Source: Thalia democratica
Lineage: Eukaryota
Assembly: GCA_965202585.1 (NCBI GenBank)
Contig: OZ241826.1
Coordinates: forward strand, 88,970,001-89,034,000
Reading direction: 5' to 3'
DNA length: 64,000 bases
Part shown: piece after piece, positions 26,884-39,911 of the stretch
Layout: each line of letters starts with the position of its first letter
Numbering within the stretch: position 1 is the first letter of the stretch
Notes under the pieces: model-generated
The model's database searches: none
What the model saw: the letters and a program-made list of their open reading frames with translations, nothing else
What the model was told of the DNA's origin: nothing
Program-made: the position numbers and the translations under genes

Positions 26884-29800
26884 CGGCGGAAGCAAAGCTA
26901 ATTAGGCGAGCTTCATAAGTAGAAAACTTTGAAAACGCAGGTTACTATACATAAATAAAAAACTAAATTGCTAAATGATTATATGTTTATTAACTTAAAA
27001 AGTTAATACTGATTGATTAAAAACGTTGATGAAAGTAAAGTTTTTACGTTTAAGTTTTTAAGTAAAAAAATGGTTTAACCCTCTAGTTACAAAGTATTAA
27101 AGTATAAATGCTATAACATTTGTTTAACTTTAAATAAGTACTTAAGTTTATTCAAAATACTATTATTACTTAAAAATTATACATAGTTTTACAAAACTGA
27201 CGATACAATTACTATTTAGCAATTAAAAACTATATAAAAAAATTTCTTACACATTTTGTTTATATATTTTTTTTATATAAGTAGTCTATAAGCTTCATAT
27301 ACTATTTTGTTTTAAATTTTACAATATCTATGCTTGTAAGTATTACTATACCACGTATTTTTTCAGCTATTTAAAGTATGTTTCTTTTATTATAACCTCT
27401 ATATGTATTACTAAAATTTAAAACAAGCTATGCACTCATTTTATATCAAAATAAATCAATAAAATTTTATAAAACAAAATATGTTATTAAAAAAAAACTT
27501 ACGAAAGCTTTCTTCAAAGAAACTTCGTACTTTGAACCGTAAAATTCATATTAATAATGTGACCACCATGCTTAATTTCAAAATTATTTTATTGGCGTGC
27601 TAATTTTAATTTACTTTTTCAAATTAGTGGTCGAGTCAGTTTGAAGTACTTTTGAAAGCCAAAAACAAACAAGTTTTTGAAGTTTTGAGATTTTTCAAAA
27701 CTTTCGTGTTTATTTTTTATCAAGGTTATCACTGTCATGGAAAAAAAAAAACAGTACTGAAATAATCAAAATTAAAGATTGTATCATGAGCAAATGTAAA
27801 GCACTTAAACTCAATAAGAATTTTTTTTGCTATACCAACATACACAAAAAACTGTTGACAACTTTTTAGATAGGTTTTAATAAAAGTGTTAAGCTTTCGT
27901 ATACGTTTAAATACTTGTTGTAATTTAGATTTAAAAATTAAAGCTTATATTGTTATTGTAATTTTAACTTAAAAGAACAATTTTTAGCAAGTTTTGAATA
28001 TATTCTTTCCAAACACTCATACAAAGTTTAGCTAATAAACTTGTTTTTAACTTAAAAGTAACAGTCGTTAAAAGTAGAATAAAAAGAAATAAAAAAAGAT
28101 AAAATAAAAATATAATACATAAAGCTATAATAAATTAATTTTACTAAACAGTTTAAAAAAGGTCTACACTTTTACTTGTAACCAACTTTTGATTTATAGT
28201 TTGTTTGGTCATGTTAATTAAACTAATTATCACGAAAATAAGTTTTCAACTAAAACTGTTCTCTTACCTTGAAACTAGTTCTAGTCAGTCATAGGTACGA
28301 ATTATCACTTTAACTAGCTTTGACTAATTTTATTTTCAAAAGCAAACTTAACTTTTAGTTAATTTATTCATGTTGCAAAAATAAACACCTAGGTAAAACT
28401 ACACTTTTAATTTTAACTATTTATGCGATTGATAATTACTAGTAGTTTTAATTTATCCGTTTTTAGAATATTTTCTTTCACATAGTATAATAAGCCGAAT
28501 TTTTTCAATCCGTTTTATAATCAATTTCAATTCTTTATAGATTTTAACTTTTCACAAAAAAGCACATATTCTAAATAAGCTTTCATACAGCAATAGTTCT
28601 ATAAATGTAATTTTTAGTTTAAGTTTTTAAATAAAAACGTAAAAACTATTTAGCTGATTTTTTTAGATTACTGATCATGATAATTATACCTAGCTTTTAT
28701 TTAAACCGGTGTATTACTGTTATTAATTTGAACTAACATGAATCTCAGTTGTCTTATTTATCAAAGGTTTTTAGTTATGAAAAACAAAACTTACTGTGTT
28801 AACTTTTCAAAAATGTTTTGCAACAAATACAACTTAATTTTTATACTTGATCTCGTAAAAACCTCTTGTGATGATTTATTACAGTGTGAACAAGTTTTTA
28901 GTTTCCCCCAGTTTTATGTGAACTGTTTGTTTAGTTTTTTTTACACAAAAAATTTTCAGTAAAAGCCTGTGCCTTTCACACAGTGTTAATTGCTGTATAA
29001 ACAAGCCCGTTTGTTTTCTAAGGCAACTTGAAAAATAAAATACTTCCAAAGAATGAACCAAGTGTCTAAATAAAAAAACCATACAAACTTCTAATTATAG
29101 GTGTAATTAGACTTAGAGTAAACATTTGTAATGTTTTCATTTTCCTTGGTATGTTTACATTTGATTACAGTTCAAGTTTTACAGCCTTGAAACCTGATTT
29201 AAGGTTGTCAACTTGTTAGATTTTACTGTAGATTAACTCCCAAAAAGAACTTGAGCACATAAATACCTGGTACTTTGAATCCAGTTATCTTAAAAGTAGT
29301 TTTCTTTTATTAAAACCGTTATGTATCTGTCTTAGCATTTTTATCCCGTTCAAACTTTAGTATAACAAAAACATCAACTTTTTTTCTACATTATCTGGAT
29401 TCTTTTAGTTATCTTTAAGAATCTCTTTTTGTTTTTTTTCATAAATAAGCGTAAACAATTTACTAATTTGCACAGTAAAATAAACCAGCAAACTTTCTAT
29501 TAGCTAAATGCTATATTAAATTTAAACTGAAAGAAAACTTGACAAGTTTAGTAACCTCTAAAAAACTAGATTTTCAAAATTTAAAACAAGTTTAGCAATC
29601 TTTAAATAAAATCTGTAAGTCTTTTATTAACTTAAATTAATTTTTAAGTTTGCAGAACCAAGCTTAAACATAAATAGTATCGATGGTTTAACTGTGCTTA
29701 AAATTTTTAAGGGTAAGTTGTTTTTTGGTAGATATTTATACTTCATAATTTTAAAAATCGATTTTTAATTGATATGTTTTGCTTCCAGCTTATTAAGTAA

Positions 29801-30099
29801 AAGTGTTTAAAAAATTGTTATGCCAAAAGAATTTGCAATCAAAATACTATATTGTTTAACTTCCAGAAAAAAATTTAAGCTTCATATCTTTAAAAACTAA
29901 ATCTAAAACTCTAGGTTATTCGTATTAATTATTTCTTTTATTCATTAATACTTATACTTGAATATGCTCTGTTTTTAAAATTTAGAAAGTTTCACATTTG
30001 TTTCTGAAATCTAATCTACAAAGTTTATCAACCAAAAAGCTAGACGTGTTGCCAAAATCAAGCTTCCAATAAAAATATTTATTGATTTTTTCTTTCCTC

Positions 30100-30600
30100 A
30101 CACTTTTACTCATTTACGAAACACAAAGCTCACCTCTGAGTCCAAACTCTGAGACTCTTCGTTCAGGGTATTACCCTTCTTCCCTCCGATAACATCGAGT
30201 TTCCACGGAAACTGCTCGCGTGGGAAAAACGGAGGCGAAATTCCCACAGCGAAAGAGATCGGCGAAAAAAAAAGGGCGATTAGGCGAGCGCGCACACTCA
30301 CGCAGGCCAGCCAGCAGGACGGAAGCGGCGCAGCAAGAGCAAAAACGAGAGCGGCTGCGTTTTATCCTTCTCTCGTTTTGCGTTTGTTTGGCCCGTTTGA
30401 AATTAGCCGGGCTTAGCGAGGCTTAAAGTATCGCGTTTTTGTTTCAAGCCAGTTTCTTTTTTCGGCCGTGTGATTTTGCGCTCCGGTTTTCGCAGGTATT
30501 TTGACCGAGGGCTCGCGCGCCCGTTCAAGTGCTTAAGCTTTTATGTGTGTGAGAGCAAACAAATTCCGCGAATAAGTTCTCGCTTGTAGTTGTTCTCGTG
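30100..30600 (-). promoter_or_regulatory. CpG island; probable distal promoter or 5'UTR exon region of Su(H)
   Basis: Most upstream strongly CpG-rich block relative to the minus-strand gene. Contains a paired CSL site and has no credible ORF. Confidence 0.45.
30219..30248. promoter_or_regulatory. Head-to-head CSL site pair
   Basis: CGTGGGAA-N14-TTCCCACA; both half-sites are perfect YGTGGGAA. Confidence 0.7.
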
Positions 30601-32051
30601 TTAAAAGCTAATTTAATTTCAAACATGAAAACAGTTGTTTTAAATACAACAGAAATTTTCATCCGAAAAAAAAAGTTTCAAAGTTTTATCATGTTTATCT
30701 TTCAAAGTACTTTTGTTCTATAAAATTAACATTTTTACACTGTTGACAACTAAATAGATGTTATGCTATGATGTTGTGTTTGCTTTTAACAAAACTAAAT
30801 AAAATCATTATAAATAATTAGTAGGATTAAAGATTTTATTCTAATTTTTTTATCTTGATTTAATTATCTTTTTTAAAACTTTTTTACAACAATTTTACAG
30901 CAGTTGACGTTTCACTAGTGAAAGGAGCTGTTATTTAAAAATAACAAAAACAATTGATATAAGTCAACTAAATAATCTTTGTAAGTAAATATAAAAGTTT
31001 ATTAGTATATCTAAAACTTTCAAAATTTTCTCTTGTTTTTGGAAGTAAAAAGTTCGTCAATAGATATGAAATGTAATTTAGAAAGGCTTTTGGCTGAGCT
31101 TTTTTTAAATTTAGATGGATATTCGTCAAGTTTAAAAAATAATCAAGTTTTATGAAGTTTTATTCAAACAAAAAAAAGTCTTGGGGGCGTCATATATTTT
31201 TACGTTGTTAGTACCGAATAATTTCTTGCCCCTGGTTTAAAGTGATATGTTTAAAAATATTTAAAATAATTATGTATCTAGCATAAACTAAGTTTTTAGT
31301 TGATAGCAGTTTTCAAAAATTTCACTAAAATTTTTATTTTGTTTCAAATTACGTTATAAATCTAGAGCTATTTGACTCACAAAAGTTCTTTTGGTCTGTC
31401 GTATACCATTGCAGTTTTAACCTGCGTCTAGTTAAAAATTTAAGGGACAGTAATGCTTGCTATTTAACCAGTTGAAAATCGAATGTAATGTAGTAACTCA
31501 AGACTCTTTATTAAAAAGATCTTTTAAAATTTATTGGAGTTTCTACTATTAGTATATTACAAAGTTAAATTTAGTTTGATTTTAGATTGAATCTTGTTTA
31601 AACTTAATTAGAAACATAAAACTAAAAGCTGAGGCTAAAAAAGTAAACTAAAAAAAATTTTAAACAGTATTTTGTTTAAAGAACTCCAAATTTAGAACTT
31701 TTATGTAGATTCACACCACATAGTTTTAAAAGTGCGGAAAACCTTACTATGTAATTAAACATTATTAAAATAAAATGCACTCAGGGAATATTTTATCTAC
31801 CAATTAAAACACTTGTTTATCAAATACTTAAATAGTATGGTAAAACGGTTTGACCTCAAAAGTATACAGTTAAAAATAAAGTTATTTAAATTCTATAACA
31901 CTTATGTTTTTTTGTTATTAAAGTAGTATTTTTTAAGGTCCCCTTTGAAAAAATAAAATAAATTTCAATCAGATCTCTCAAAAAACTACTCATAAATATG
32001 CCTAAGATTTTTTTTTCATTTATCACCAACTCAAGAACTAAAAAATATCTA

Positions 32052-32415
32052 GTTAAAAAGCGTTGTTTGGAGTCTGTAAAATTGTTCAAGAAACTCGCTG
32101 CCAATTTTACAACTGAATACAACCGTTTTTTTAATGACCAAAGGGTGATTAAAAATCCCAAGCTTTTAGAGGAAAGATTTCATAAAATGATGGCTGACAA
32201 AATAAAGCATATTGATGGAACTGAAATTAATGATTTCATTAACAAAATGTTTCAGATAGAAAGAAGTCAATGCAACATGATATGCTGGTTACTTTGTAAA
32301 ACAATTGTCCCAAATAGAATTTTGAATGCGTCTATTTTTCTAATGATCAACCTTATATTTATCTTAAAAGATTGAATGATTGTATAAAAGAAGTAGTTGT
32401 AAATTTCTAAAGATT
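32052..32415 (+). pseudogene. Partial inverted duplicate of the C-terminal domain of the 33.2-34.5 kb ORF
   Basis: Encodes VKKRCLESVKLFKKL...SQCNMICWLLCK, about 90% nt identical (manual count over about 250 nt) to 33780-33530 on the minus strand. It then frameshifts and lacks the N-terminal part. Confidence 0.8.
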
Positions 32416-33228
32416 TAACTACTTTTAATTTTATATTTTTTGAAAGTGTTTGAAAGCTCTTTTATGATTTATTTAGGACTTACGTAAAAGGTTTACTGCA
32501 TTTTTAATCCTGTTAAAGATGAATAATTACTGTGCTTAATTATTAAACCATATAACTTTTTATTGGTTTTGTAGTACTATTAGATAAAATAATAGGATCA
32601 AATTATTATTTTGAAATAATCATAAATAAAAACAAGCTATTTAACATCTGGAAAAGCTAAAGATCATATATAACTAATAACTTAATATAGTAGTTGAATT
32701 TTCCTTAGAAATAAACTGCATTATAAAAACTTTATTAATTTTACTATAAAAAATAAACCCAAAAGTTTTTACATTTTGAATCAAAAAAAAATTGTTTTCA
32801 ATAGTTTTACCATAGCCAAACATAAAAAGCTAATATTGCAAGATTTTACATGCTAAATAGTATTAGTGTACACAAAACACAAAATAGAGAAAATTGACAA
32901 GTTAGCTTATTTTAACTACAGAAATATTTAAAATGAAAAAACGTAGGAGTTACGCATCTAACACATTAAACAAACTATTAAAATATTTAAAAAAAACAAG
33001 ATCTAAAATACTTTTTATATTTTATTAAATTTTATGTAAACAAAAGTTTTGAAAGTGTATTAAGTGAAGAACATTAAACGTAATAAGTTCCTTATAAAAC
33101 AAAATAAAAGTAAAATAAAATTAGTAGTACAAGTAATCAAATCTGTTTGTTTAGAAATAAATCTTGTAAATATAAAGCATACTCCCCTGCATTTTTTTAT
33201 TATCACAAATAAAATTTTGCAAGTAAAT

Positions 33229-34521
33229 TTATTCTACATTTTTCTCGTTTATTTCATTACCTTTGAAAGTTTTGAAAACGCTGTTCAAAATTTTTGTGAG
33301 TTGGCTTGACTTTTCTTCTACATTTCTTATGGCCCCACTATATTTTTTTATGAACATATTAACTGCATTTGGTTTAATATTTTCAGTTGTTAATATTTTT
33401 AGTAATTCACTAAACAAATTTTTAAATATAACAATACATTTTGTATACAATCATATAAACTTTTAAGATGAATATAAGCCTTATCTTCAGAACAACAGAT
33501 TGTTTCAAAAACTACTTTCGGAACTTTTTTTTTTACAAAGTAACCAGCATATCATGTTGCATTGACTTCTTTCTACCTGAAACATTCTGTTAATAAAATC
33601 ATTAATTTCAGTTCTGTCAATATGCTTTATTTTGTCAGCCATCATTTTATGAAATCTTTCCTCCAAAAGCTTAGGATTGTTAAATATCCTATGGTCATTA
33701 AAAAAACGATTATGTAGAGTTGTAACATTAGAAGCGAGTTTTTTGAAGAACTTTACAGACTCTAAACAACGCTTTTTAACTTCATCTTTGGTTTTCATAC
33801 CGAATTGTTTTTCTCATCAATGTTGTTTTTACTTTCTTCAGATAGCTCATTTGTATTATTGATGTCATTGGCATTGTCTTTGTTTACTGTACTTTTTAAA
33901 GCATCATCTAGGTTTTGATTTACAATTTTTTTATCAGTGTTGTTTGATTGCTCATCTACTTTATTTGATATTTTCAAGCTTTCATAGCAAACTTCTTTTT
34001 TATCACAGACAAACTCAGAACTACTTGCTTTGATGTTTTTGTTAATTCTGTCAGTGGGTTTTACTTTTTTATTTTGGAAACAACTTTATTTAGGTCTCTT
34101 GATTGACTTTTTAATTCTTTGTCACAAGTTGTTGTAAGCTCTGCCTTTTTGTTTGGACTTGCTGGCAGAGTTAGAACATCTTGACTTAGTTTACACTTTT
34201 TAAAAGGTTTAGTTATTTTATTTGTATTACCACCACTGCTATTTTTTAGTGCTTTTTCACAAAGACTATTAAAGTTCTCTAAAATACTCAACTCATTAAT
34301 GTTGTCTTTTACTTTAAGACTATCTCCTGACTTCAACATTTTTCTTTTTCCAGTAGATTTCTTACTCTCTTCTTCAAAAGTACCAAGTTTATCATCATCC
34401 AAACAAAATTCCTTTTGATTGTAGAAAAATAGTAAAACGCACCAACTGCCACAGACAGGCCAGCAAAACCAAGAAGCATTTTGCTTATGCTAACATCAAA
34501 CTTCAGAGAAACTTCTATCAT
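33229..34521 (-). pseudogene. Single-exon ORF of about 430 aa (N-terminal TM segment, low-complexity linker, unknown helical domain) broken by five 1-nt homopolymer indels; pseudogene or assembly error
   Basis: Consecutive ORF pieces (34521, 34402, 33977, 33798, 33450 frames) join by shifts at runs near 34414, 34067, 33810, 33530 and 33435. TM-like LLGFAGLSVAVGAFYYF. Acceptor CAG at 34535-34534 just upstream of the ATG. Confidence 0.7.
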
Positions 34522-37146
34522 TTTTACAGAGACCTGTTCGGTAAATTCTTTAAAATATATAGTTAAGCTTAAAAAACTGTATAAAGTTCAAAAATCAAAT
34601 TTTTCTTAAAAAGTTTAATTCGTCTTTATGAATAAAAATGTTTTTAGCTAAGTTTTTGATTCTAATACTGCAAATTTATCGTTACAAATTACTTGTAACT
34701 TTTATATGATTTTAAATAAAACTTTTTTTAGATGTTTATGATCTATTACGATAATAGTCGTTCACAGATAAATAACCTTTTAATTTCGAATTTTAATTTT
34801 TTGTTCTTTTTTTTGTGATATAAAATTACTTTTTATTAGACTTTTTAAACTTTTGCTGTCAGTTCGTTGTACTAATTATATATTTAAAATCGTGCAAAAC
34901 TAATTTTTTTAAAGATATTTACAAAACTTTGGTTTATCAACTTTTAATACTAAAGTCAAACATTTTATTACTAATTAAATTTTGAATTTAGTTATTGCTT
35001 GTTAAAGTCCAAAATAATTAAATGTCATGTTAATATCCACGTACTTTTTCTACACAAAAGTTTTCCAAAGAGGGCGATGTTACCTGTTTTGGTCAATTTT
35101 GGTTATTCGGGGGCAATTACTACCGGCAACAACTAACTTACACTAGATATTCTTGGGTTTCTCCTGAAAAGTAGAAAAAATACATGAACTTTTATTAATT
35201 AGCTAAACTAAATTAAGCGCACTTGATTACAAATAAGGATTCGAACAACGTTTATAGCTCTTCAATGTAAACAAATTTTGATCAGCTTGAAAACCACTGT
35301 TACATAGTATCTAATTACTTTGGTGGTTAATATGGAAGTCCTTTTTTATGAGAATATCAGCTATTACGCATAAACTAAAACCATAGAGTAAATATATAGC
35401 ACTTTATGCTGGTTTTAAATCATTTATCTTTATAACATTTGCTTTTTTTTTATCTACACATCCTTTTTAAACATATTTAATATAATAAAATTTTCATTTT
35501 TGATTGTATGAAAAATTTATCTAATTTTATATGTTATACTGAATATTAAAGCTTTTCATTACAGAAAATTATAAAATGTACAAACTTACTAAATGTTTTT
35601 AATGGTTATTGTCTATTTTTTAAACATAACTTTATTTTTATTTAACTAACTGTTTACTAAAATGAAACTTTCACTTTTCTATACTTATCTCGTAAAAAAA
35701 TGTGTTAGTAAAACTAGTGTTAGACACAAACCACATTCATGAAATTAAACAAATCTTTAAAAAACCATACATCGAAAAACAAAACCTGTTAAAATACTAA
35801 TGTGAAAAAAGATATTAAAAACAAAATTTTTTTTTTTAAACCAAACCATGTACATAAAATCGGTTACATGACAACTCAAAAAAAAAAAAAATTAAAACAC
35901 TAGATCTCAAAAAGTAATATAAGTTTGAAAAAAATAAAAAAATTGTTTGTAGATCTTATTAAAACCTACAAGCCACTTTTTCTTTTTTTGCAAAATCTTA
36001 AATACTTTTTTACGATATTAAAAAATTACTAAAAATAACTATATATTTTATTTTTTTTAAGCCATATCTCAAACATATTTAATGTTCTGCAAAAGTAATT
36101 ATCCAAACCTTGCTTAGAAGTTAAATAATAAAATTATTTTGTATATACTAGTAAAAAAGTGGTTTACTGTTTAGTATAAAAAATTGCATTAAAGTAAATG
36201 CAAAAGTAAAATTGTGTTATTTTTGTACAAAGAAGACTTAACTTTATTTAAACAAAACGAAAAAAAAACTCTATCATTTTAGTTGTTTTAACGTTTATTT
36301 TAGTTTCAATATAGCTAATTTGATTATAGAAAATTGTTTTTTTTTTGATACAGTCAGAGTTGAGTAAGTAAATTTAAAAAGATAATATTTGCAAAACTCT
36401 GTTAGAGCATTTTATTACATCAGAAACAATTCAAAAGTCTTATTTTTGAAGTCAAAAGTAAATAAAACACTTTGTTTAAACCAGCTATAATAAAGTATAT
36501 TAACCCTATTTTTATAACTCAGGTAACATAGTTAGTATAAGTTTGATAATAATAAAATTCCTAAAAAATGTCTTAAAAAATTATTTAACTCACTTATCAT
36601 TTGTAGTTTTTTTGTGCGTAACTATTTAGCAGTAATTTTTGTCGTAAAAATACTTCGTTATTAAAACAAAGAAGTCTAATTAAAAACACATACATCTAGT
36701 TTAACTTGTGTTAAAATGTTTTGAAATAAACTGTAAAGTTTTAAAGTTTACGTATTATATATTTTTTGCACTAAAGTTATTTTTTTTCCGTATTGAATCA
36801 ACAAACAACATACATTTCCAATGTAAGGACAATAAAACATAATAAAAATTATTGCGTTTAAATAGCTAATGTCATTTTTAACAAAAATTCTAAAAAAATT
36901 AAATACGCTTTTGCGTAAACCTATTGTGTAAATTTAAATTGTTTGCATTTTAAGATATAATTTATGAGTATATAAGTCAAGTAGCGAAAGTTACTATTAG
37001 TTTTGAAAGTTTTTCTTAAAATGGTTTAAAATACAATATGCTGTTAATAACTATCAGATTAAAAATATTTTTAATTCAATTTAACTAAAACTAGCGTGCA
37101 GTACTTATTGTATCAAGTGAAATTAAATAAATTCATTATTTTTCAG

Positions 37147-39911
37147 GTTATGTAGATAAAACAAATAAGGCATCTAATAAAGTACCAGTTAAATTTTTGT
37201 ACAACTGAACTGACGCAAAATTTTGAGCTTTTTTAAGAGCTCTGTTATTATGATGCAAATATTTCCAATGTGTAAAATAAGTTGGTGCTTATCTATTTAA
37301 TCTGTCGCGAGACAAAGTTTCTGGACTGTCTCTCCATTTGGAAAACTTTTCCCTCAAGAGTGTTAGAAAAAATTCAAAAGTTTCTTTTCAAACAAGTCAG
37401 TGAATAAAAACGGTTTGAAAGTCAGCAAGCTGAACAAAAAGTTTCAGAGCATGTACCTGAGCAAGAGCGACAACAAGACTTACTTAAATGTTTCTAGAGA
37501 AGGGAGCTTGAAACAAAAAAGATCAAAAGTATGTTGGTTGAAAGTTAAAAACCAAACTGAATCATCAAGACTTTTAGATGGAGCTCCAGCTTCCGGGATA
37601 CAAAGCGTGACAAATTCGGTGTGTAGAATGCAGATCAGCAACAACAAGAATAACGAAACCTCATCTTCTAAAAACTTGAAGAAGAAAAGTAAGAAAAGCA
37701 TGAGGTCACTGGATAACGGACCTTCCAAAAGGGACTTGGGTTTGCAGAAAAGGAACCAGTGGGGTGGCAAGAGGGGAAAATCCGCGCATAAAGTCAACGA
37801 GGGAGCTTCAACATCGATGTTTTTTCATTATTTATATAATTTTTTTAGTTTGAATTTTTTTAAAAGTATTCTAAATTTTTTATTATTTAGTTATTTATTA
37901 GTTTATTTTATTGTATTTTTTTTCGATTCGTAAATGATATGTTTTATTTTATTTTTATATATTTTTTGCAATACAAGGTGCAATGTCAATGATGTCACTG
38001 AATCAATTAGAATGATGAAGATAGGCGACAAGGGTATAGCGAACCCACAAACATAGTGAAGAAAGGATTGGTAAAAAAGCAGAAGAGTTGCAAGAAGAAT
38101 AGGAGCAGGAGGTCGGAGGATCAGATCGAAGCAGCGGAGAGGAGATACAAGCAGAAGAGGCGAGATAGTGTTGATGATGGTGTATTAGTGAGTAATGCAG
38201 GAGGGTCGAGCAGTGTGATGCAAGTTTCACAGGCTCCAAGAGAACGTAGTCAACAAGAGGTTTGTTCATAGGAACAGTTTTTTTTCAAATTTAAATTTAA
38301 ATTTTTTTTTAAAGTGAAACTTGTTGTAGTAAAACTAAATTTCAATCACAAATAATTACCCAAAACCGGCTGTAATGTTAAAATTTTCGTCAATATACTA
38401 ATAAAAAAAGATTTGTATCAAAAATTAAATATGACTTTTATTTTTCATCTCTTTGCATATAATAAAACGTTAAAAACAGTAATCATACTTTAGAATTTTA
38501 CTGTTTTTTTTTTCAATAAAACTAAACTGTAATAATCAGTAAAATTTTCATGAATTTCTATATTTACTCGGTATCTGATATAATAAAGTATTTTTATTAA
38601 ATTTTAGAAGACAACAAGACTATCAGAACGAAGCTTATTCATGGTCGGTACAAAAACAGGTAAATCACAATTATGTCAGGAAAGAAATTAAAATAATAAG
38701 TTATATACAATAGTAATATATCATTAGTATACATTAAAAAAAAACTTAAAGTGTAATATTTAAACCAGGTCTTTTCGATCCCGATAGCTAATAAGGTGGC
38801 AGCAACTAGATTAGTATTTCTAGGGTTCTTTGTAACCAGCAGTAAAGGTATAAATAAAAGACATGTGGTATAATTGACGGTAGATATAAAACGTTCACTA
38901 AATATTCTGAATATAGAGGTGATTATGTTTTAGTTTTTTACCAAAGGGGGCTATTATGGTAATGAGTTTAAAAACCTTGTTTAATGTAATGTTTTCCACA
39001 AGTTGATAAAGACGAGTTGATTAATTTTAAAATTTCATTTCACTTTTAAATGCTAAGATTGAATTTATAAACTTGTAGTTTATATTAAACCTTCCGTAAT
39101 CACTACAGTACTATAAGTAAAAGGTTTTAAATAAACTGATAATGAATTAAAGTTGAGTATACAGGTTTAGATTTAAATGGTTTTATGTATCAAGAAAAAT
39201 ATCAAATGTTGTAGAGTAAATTTGAACATCATAAAAATGGGAGACAAAAAAAGTGTTATTAAATACAAAAATAAAGAGATCAATAAAACAAAGCAATAAA
39301 GATTTAAAAATTTTAGTTTTAGGCTAGGGGTATTGTGCTGATGGTGTTAAAAATTAAGGATTTACGTTCTAATGTAACATCTAACTTAAGTTAATTTTTA
39401 TTGAAAATTAGCAACATAACACAGTAATTCTTAAAATTAAGTTTGAAAATCTAGCTACGCGTCTATTTTGTTCTAAGCAGTTCTGCTTATACTCAATTTT
39501 CTCAACTAACATGATAATAATTTTTTTAGGTTAATTTTTTCCTTTTAGGTCCAAAAAATCTGTACAGAACTAAAACTACAAATCTTCAATTTTCATAGAA
39601 ATATGATCAGAACAGACAATAATGTGCGCGTACTTACTTCAAACGACATCGTGAATAGATTGATGGAAGTTGAGAGCAGGCATCCTATGGGGGCTCAAGG
39701 ACTATCAGGTAAATAGTACAACTATTTTACTATACACAAATATTTAATTCATATATCATTCTGCAATTATTTTGACCCTGAGACTGTTTAGTTAATCCTA
39801 TATATATCTTACAGCATTAAACTTATTTTGAATATTTTTTATACACTTGTATTTACATAAACAGGGAACTCAGATAAATGTTTAACCATGCACAACGAAA
39901 CCAGCGCAAAG
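37147..39911 (+). pseudogene. Degenerate multi-exon gene of unknown family
   Basis: Canonical-splice exons 38608-38659, 39549-39708 (VQKICTELKLQIFNFHRNMIRTDNNVRVL...) and 39865-39911 join in frame. The upstream purine-rich blocks (37147-37820, 38011-38259) carry stops or have incompatible phase. Confidence 0.45.

Noticed and set aside
37400-37933. 177-aa ORF as an intact standalone gene
   Set aside because: It starts at GTG, runs into AT-rich intron-like sequence, has no good donor, and the true frame is ambiguous.
37147-38259. Stop-codon reassignment (TAA/TAG read as Gln)
   Set aside because: Kelch A, kelch B and the 44.7-kb ORF terminate at TAA, and the Su(H) exons and kelch A contain no internal TAA/TAG.
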